Source: an uncultured SAR86 cluster bacterium (GTDB lineage Bacteria; Pseudomonadota; Gammaproteobacteria; Magnimaribacterales; D2472). Taken from it: DNA of 64,000 nucleotides. The stretch lies in contig CACJKN010000001.1 in the NCBI GenBank assembly GCA_902594005.1, positions 111,083 through 175,082 of the forward strand. Reading direction: 5' to 3'. Shown in pieces: positions 59,550 through 64,000 of this stretch. How positions within the stretch are numbered: the stretch's first letter is position 1; every line of letters starts with the position of its first letter. Below the pieces are notes generated by a model. The model saw nothing but the letters and a program-made list of their open reading frames with translations. It was not told where the DNA came from and made no database searches. Both the position numbers and the translations under genes were made by a program.

Positions 59550-60548
59550 ATGAAAAATTATATTCTAGCTTTAACCATACTCTTATCGTCATGCTCTTTT
59601 GAGCAAGCAAATGATGACGAGGTTGTTATTTATACCTCTCGTCAGCCACAGCTAATAGAAAATCTCTTAGATGTTTTTACTGAAGAAACAGGAATCCAAG
59701 TAACTGTTTTATCAGGAGATGCACAGCAGTTAATGGAAAGGATTGCAGTAGAAGGAGTAGATACAGATGCAGATATATTTATGACCGTGGATGCAGGAGT
59801 CTTGTGGCAAGCTGCAGATAAAGGAATATTCAATCCCGTTGAATCAGAAGTGCTTTCTTCAAGAATACCTCAACATTTGAGAGATATTGATAATCAATGG
59901 TTTGGCTTCTCTAAAAGGGCAAGAACAATAGTTTATTCAAAGACAGAAATAGATCCACAAGATTTAAGTTCTTACGAAGCTCTAGCTTCAAAGGAGTTTA
60001 TGGGCAAACTCTGCTTAAGAACTTCAAAGAAAGTCTATAACAGATCATTAATTGCAAGCATGATTGAAGCAAATGGATCTGAAAGGACTGAAAGGGTAGT
60101 AAAAGGCTGGGTTAACAATCTGGCTGAACCAGTTTTTTCTAGCGATACCAATGTTCTAAAAGCAGTTGAGGCTGGAAATTGTAGCCTAACCGTTGTGAAT
60201 ACCTATTATCTTGCAAGGCTCATTGAAAGCAATTCAGTAGAAAATCTTGGAATTTTTTGGGCCAATCAAGAAGATAGAGGAGTACATGTGAACATCTCAG
60301 GAGCAGGCCTTGTCAAATGGTCTAACAACAAGAGTTCTTCAATTAAATTGCTTGAATGGCTGTCATCAGATACAGCTCAGGAGATGTACGCTAAAGCAAA
60401 TAAAGAATATCCAACCGTTGATGGAATTCCTCTTCATCCTGTAATAGAGGCTTGGGGTGATTTTAAGGAGGATCTTATTCAGGTTGATAAGCTTGGATCA
60501 ATGCAAAGTGATGCAGTCTTTATTGCGCAAACAGCAGGATATAATTAA
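59550..60548 (+). CDS. Fe(III) ABC-transporter periplasmic substrate-binding lipoprotein (FbpA/AfuA family)
   Basis: Lipobox LLSSC. Collinear with FbpA (VVIYTSRQ..., GIQVTVLSG, DIFMTVDAG, VVNTYYLA with the Tyr-Tyr iron ligands). A Fur box lies upstream. Confidence 0.85.
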   Translation: MKNYILALTILLSSCSFEQANDDEVVIYTSRQPQLIENLLDVFTEETGIQVTVLSGDAQQLMERIAVEGVDTDADIFMTVDAGVLWQAADKGIFNPVESEVLSSRIPQHLRDIDNQWFGFSKRARTIVYSKTEIDPQDLSSYEALASKEFMGKLCLRTSKKVYNRSLIASMIEANGSERTERVVKGWVNNLAEPVFSSDTNVLKAVEAGNCSLTVVNTYYLARLIESNSVENLGIFWANQEDRGVHVNISGAGLVKWSNNKSSSIKLLEWLSSDTAQEMYAKANKEYPTVDGIPLHPVIEAWGDFKEDLIQVDKLGSMQSDAVFIAQTAGYN

Positions 60549-60549
60549 T

Positions 60550-60786
60550 TTAGACTTTAATACCGCGAGATCTAATATCTTTTAAGACTTCTTCGATACC
60601 TTTTTTATCAATAACTCTCATGCCTTTTGCAGACACTTTTAGAGTAACAAAACGATTTTCAGATTCCACCCAAAATTTATGACTATGAAGGTTCGGAAAA
60701 AACTTTCGCTTTACTCTGTTTTTTGCGTGAGAAACATGATTCCCAGCTTGTGGCGACTTACCAGTTACTTGACAAACTTTGCTCAT
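60550..60786 (-). CDS. rpmB: 50S ribosomal protein L28
   Basis: [33 protein letters not shown] is the canonical L28 N-terminus. ATGA overlap with rpmE2. Confidence 0.95.
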   Translation of the reverse strand: MSKVCQVTGKSPQAGNHVSHAKNRVKRKFFPNLHSHKFWVESENRFVTLKVSAKGMRVIDKKGIEEVLKDIRSRGIKV

Positions 60787-61031
60787 GATTTCTTACCAAA
60801 TCTTTTTTCAAATTTCTGGACTCTTCCACCAGTGTCAAGAATTTTTTGTTTGCCTGTATAAAAAGGATGCGATGCAGAAGAAACATCCAAAGGATAATAT
60901 GGATATGTCTTTCCATCTTCCCATTCTTTAGTTTTATCCGTTTTTAGGGTTGAGCTAATTAAAAAATACTCATCCACACTAATATCGTGGAAAAGAACTT
61001 CACGGTATTCAGGATGTATGCCTTTTTTCAT
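60783..61031 (-). CDS. rpmE2: 50S ribosomal protein L31, type B (no zinc ribbon)
   Basis: MKKGIHPEY...[10 protein letters not shown]...[12 protein letters not shown]. The 82-aa sequence contains no cysteine, so it is type B. Confidence 0.92.
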   Translation of the reverse strand: MKKGIHPEYREVLFHDISVDEYFLISSTLKTDKTKEWEDGKTYPYYPLDVSSASHPFYTGKQKILDTGGRVQKFEKRFGKKS

Positions 61032-61033
61032 AA

Positions 61034-61066
61034 TTAAACCAAATTAGGGTGTATACCCTTTTTCAT
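61034..61066 (-). other. 10-codon upstream mini-[13 protein letters not shown] duplicating the L31 N-terminus
   Basis: ATGAAAAAGGGTATACACCCT (61066..61046) compared with the genuine start ATGAAAAAAGGCATACATCCT (61031..61011). The identity is 18/21 and all 3 differences are synonymous third positions. Its TAA lies 2 nt before the real ATG. Confidence 0.5.
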
Positions 61067-61091
61067 AATAAAATCTTAATTTAGGCTGAGA

Positions 61092-61119
61092 ACTATACCA
61101 AATAAGGAAATCTTTACAA
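61092..61119 (-). promoter_or_regulatory. Candidate promoter of rpmE2-rpmB (TTGTAA - 16 nt - TGGTATAGT, extended -10)
   Basis: Read directly on the minus strand. It would put both the mini-ORF and the real start on the same leader. Confidence 0.3.
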
Positions 61120-61125
61120 TAAATT

Positions 61126-63093
61126 ATGGAAAAATTTTACTATTCAGTTTCAATACCAGTTCCTGTAAGAAAAGATTTTACGTATTTTAGTGAAGAAAAG
61201 ATTCAGGCTGGATCGAGGGTAAAGGTTTCATTCAATAAGAGGAAGGTAGTTGGCTTAGTCTGCAAACAAACATCGAAACCAGATTTCAAAACTACAGAAA
61301 TTGAAGAATTGTTAGATGAAAAACCAGCTTTTGATAGTTTGGCATTAAAAACTCTCAACTGGATCTCTGATTTTTATATTCATTCGCGGGGCGAAGTTTT
61401 TTCGAATTTTTTACCACCAAAGCTAAGAAAAGATTTTTATTATGAGAACCCTGAAACAAAACTCAAAGAGTATAAAGTAAATAATGATGACAAAAGATTT
61501 TCTCTTACTTCTCACCAACAAACAGCTTTTAAATATTTAAATAAATTGGATGGCTTTGATCCATGCCTATTCCACGGAGTAACAAGCTCTGGAAAAACTG
61601 AGGTTTATATGAGACTTGTTGAAGAGGCTCTAAAGAAAGGAGGATCATGCTTATTACTAATTCCTGAGATAAGTTTGACGCCTCAATTAGAGCAAAGATT
61701 TAAAAAAAGGTTTGGAGAAAATATTGGTACATATCATTCAAAGAAAACCTCTAAAGAGAGATTTGAAACATGGAAAAAGTCTAAGTCTGGAGAACTAAGA
61801 GTTTTAATAGGAACACGATCCTCACTTTTTGTCCCACTCCAAAAGCTTTCTTTGATAATTATTGATGAGGAACACGATGCATCTTTTAAGCAGCAGGAGG
61901 GCTTAAAGTTTTCTGCTAAAGATGTTGCTATTAAAATGGCGCAGGATAGAAAAATCCCGATTATTCTTGCATCAGCTACTCCCTCGCTGAAGATGCTGCA
62001 TTTAGTCGATAAAGGGAAGTATAAATTTATCTCTATTCCAAAAAGAGTCAATAACAAAAACCCTCCTAAGTTCTCAATATTAAATTCTCACTTTTTAGAT
62101 AGAAAATCAGGAATAGATACCAACTTACTATCTTTAATTGATAAAACAATATCAAAAGATAAAAAGGTATTAATATTTATAAATAGAAGAGGGTATTCAC
62201 CTGTATTCAAGTGCACAGATTGTAATTGGACCGCTATGTGTAATTCATGTAACTCACGTCTTGTATATCATAAAGATAGTGCCAGACTAAGATGTCACAG
62301 ATGTGATACATCATTTGGAGTACCGCATAGCTGTCCGGAATGTGAGAGCACCAAACTTACTTCAGAGGGTGTAGGAACCCAAAAAATAGAATCCTTTTTG
62401 AATGAAGAGTTTCCAAGTGTACCAATGGTAAGGCTTGATCTAGACTCAACAAGAAAGAAAGGTTCTCTAGAAAGATTATTATCAGAGATTAGCGATACAA
62501 AAAAAGCTTTCTTAATTGGTACCCAAATGATTGCTAAAGGTCATGATTTTTCTGACGTAGAGCTAGGAATTGTTATAGATGCAGATTTAGGCCTAGTAAG
62601 CCATGAAGTAAATGCAGTTGAGAAACTCTCACAACTTTTAATTCAAGTCACCGGAAGAGTTGGAAGATCAGGAAAGTCTAAAATAATAGTCCAATCTAAC
62701 CTTTTAGATAATGAATATTTAAATATCTTAAGTAGTGGAGACTACTTAGAGTTTTCTAAACATTTACTTAAAGAATATGAAGCAGCAAATCTTCCGCCAT
62801 TTTCATCTGTTGCAATCTTACGAGCATCATCGCCAAATAAAACCAGTAATGCTAATTTCTTAAATAAGGCTCGTAAGTATCTAGAAAAAGAAACAAATTG
62901 TGAATGTATTGGACCGCTTCCAGATATTATCTCAAAAGTAAGAGGTAATTTTAGACACTCTCTCTTACTAAAAGCCAAAACACTGCCAACACTTCATAAA
63001 AATACTAAAAATCTAGTTGAAGGATACATAGAAAAACAGAAAAGACTAAAGGTGAGATGGTCGGTGGATTTTAACCCAATCGATTATCAATAG
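61126..63093 (+). CDS. priA: Primosomal replication-restart helicase PriA
   Basis: Walker A GVTSSGKTEVY, IIIDEEHDASFKQ, and the Cys-rich Zn insert (CTDCNW..CNSCNS..CHRCD..CPEC). It is a divergent neighbour of rpmE, as in E. coli. Confidence 0.94.
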   Translation: MEKFYYSVSIPVPVRKDFTYFSEEKIQAGSRVKVSFNKRKVVGLVCKQTSKPDFKTTEIEELLDEKPAFDSLALKTLNWISDFYIHSRGEVFSNFLPPKLRKDFYYENPETKLKEYKVNNDDKRFSLTSHQQTAFKYLNKLDGFDPCLFHGVTSSGKTEVYMRLVEEALKKGGSCLLLIPEISLTPQLEQRFKKRFGENIGTYHSKKTSKERFETWKKSKSGELRVLIGTRSSLFVPLQKLSLIIIDEEHDASFKQQEGLKFSAKDVAIKMAQDRKIPIILASATPSLKMLHLVDKGKYKFISIPKRVNNKNPPKFSILNSHFLDRKSGIDTNLLSLIDKTISKDKKVLIFINRRGYSPVFKCTDCNWTAMCNSCNSRLVYHKDSARLRCHRCDTSFGVPHSCPECESTKLTSEGVGTQKIESFLNEEFPSVPMVRLDLDSTRKKGSLERLLSEISDTKKAFLIGTQMIAKGHDFSDVELGIVIDADLGLVSHEVNAVEKLSQLLIQVTGRVGRSGKSKIIVQSNLLDNEYLNILSSGDYLEFSKHLLKEYEAANLPPFSSVAILRASSPNKTSNANFLNKARKYLEKETNCECIGPLPDIISKVRGNFRHSLLLKAKTLPTLHKNTKNLVEGYIEKQKRLKVRWSVDFNPIDYQ

Positions 63094-63094
63094 T

Positions 63095-64000
63095 TTAAAT
63101 CTTAATCTTAATTCGTTGCCCAGGAAAGATAGCTTCATCTCTAATCAAATTAGTATTTATTATGTCCATAACAGGCACTCCAAAACGAATGGCAATTTCT
63201 GACAAAACATCACCTCTTTGGACCGTGTAGGTTAAGTACCCCTCAGCATCATAAATAAAAAAATCGTCCTCAAGATTTTCCTTAAAATAATTATTTATAC
63301 CCAGAAAAAGCGATCTGGCAATCATTCTTCTGCCAGGCTTTCCTTTAAGCCTTTCGGCATCTTCCGAATTAGATATGAAGCCAGATTCAATTAGAACTGA
63401 CGGTATATCTAAAGATTTTAGAACCCTGAAGTCTGCATATTCGACTCTTTTTTTATGAAGATGTGTATAGGGATCTCGCTTGAGCTGATCTAATACTTTT
63501 TTGCCAAGTTGAAGACTTTTACCCTTTTTCTTTTCGTATATCTCAGGATATTTCGATCTTGCTAAATCTTCATCAAAATCAAACTCATCAACTCGAACAG
63601 AGCTTACTTTCTTAGAAGAAAGACTTTTTGCTGAATTACTGGAAGCTTCGTCAGACCAAATGTATACAGCAGCGCCTTTAACAGAAGGTAGACTAAAAGC
63701 ATCTGCATGGATTGAAACAAAAATATCTCCACTATTTTGCCTCGCTTTTTGATACCTTTGATCTAAATAAATAAATGAATCATCTTCTCTTACCAGAACT
63801 GGCTTATATCCATCAGTATCCTCAAGTGTTCTAAATAATTCATTTGCAATTAATAGGGTTATATCTTTCTCTATCACATTATGAGATTTTGCAATTGCTC
63901 CAGGATCTCTTCCACCATGGCCTGCATCAATCATCACAATTGCCTCTCTAGTCATCTTCTTAATCTCTTTACTATGACCCAAGGATAGCGACACTTTAAT
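63095..64000 (-). CDS. N-acetylmuramoyl-L-alanine amidase (Amidase_3) with C-terminal LysM; the 5' end probably lies beyond the window
   Basis: IVMIDAGHGGRDPGA and SIHADA catalytic motifs. LysM: YTVQRGDVLSEIAIRFGV...GQRIKI. The frame is still open at base 64000, upstream of the GTG at 63994. Confidence 0.88.
   Translation of the reverse strand: MKVSLSLGHSKEIKKMTREAIVMIDAGHGGRDPGAIAKSHNVIEKDITLLIANELFRTLEDTDGYKPVLVREDDSFIYLDQRYQKARQNSGDIFVSIHADAFSLPSVKGAAVYIWSDEASSNSAKSLSSKKVSSVRVDEFDFDEDLARSKYPEIYEKKKGKSLQLGKKVLDQLKRDPYTHLHKKRVEYADFRVLKSLDIPSVLIESGFISNSEDAERLKGKPGRRMIARSLFLGINNYFKENLEDDFFIYDAEGYLTYTVQRGDVLSEIAIRFGVPVMDIINTNLIRDEAIFPGQRIKIKI

Overview
This is a visibly AT-rich, extremely compact stretch of housekeeping chromosome. 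By a hand tally of the gaps, about 1.45 kb of the 64 kb is not protein-coding. I annotate 70 protein-coding genes (69 solid, one speculative 25-codon ORF) and one ncRNA (6S RNA).

The gene order is a mosaic of classic gammaproteobacterial synteny blocks:
- def-fmt-trkA
- tsaC-hemF-aroE
- a complete aa3/caa3 cytochrome oxidase and assembly cluster: coxB-coxA-ctaG-coxC, a small two-helix membrane protein, SURF1, an unknown protein, ctaA-ctaB-SCO
- yigA-xerC-yigB
- ahcY-metK
- tkt-pgk-fba
- ubiE-ubiB-tatABC
- rsgA/orn
- miaB-ybeZ-ybeY-corC-lnt
- zapA-ssrS-ygfA facing pepP-ubiH
- priA/rpmE

The likely source is a streamlined, aerobic, probably marine gammaproteobacterium. That is an inference; I have no marker gene to prove it.

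I see no CRISPR array, transposase, prophage, tRNA/rRNA, toxin-antitoxin pair or recognisable defence island. I cannot honestly point to a large novel system.

The observations most worth a second look:
1. An outer-membrane beta-barrel gene whose signal peptide and N-terminal domain lie upstream of any ATG/GTG/TTG. It probably starts at an ATT codon.
2. A short Coq4-family (HDxxH-x11-E) protein translationally coupled to engB.
3. A tandem duplication of the L31 translation-initiation region that creates a 10-codon uORF encoding the L31 N-terminus.
4. The only large unexplained intergenic region (49387..49654). It holds two GC-rich hairpins and a 25-codon hydrophobic mini-ORF ahead of an exported glutathione peroxidase that has no Shine-Dalgarno (SD) sequence.
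5. A tightly coupled quinone oxidoreductase / unknown 366-aa protein / APH-family kinase cassette.
6. A Cys-less SCO-like protein inside the cox cluster.

The ORF track misses these genes: trkA (open to the edge), tatA, a YheV-like zinc ribbon, 6S RNA, and the true 5' part of the outer-membrane gene.
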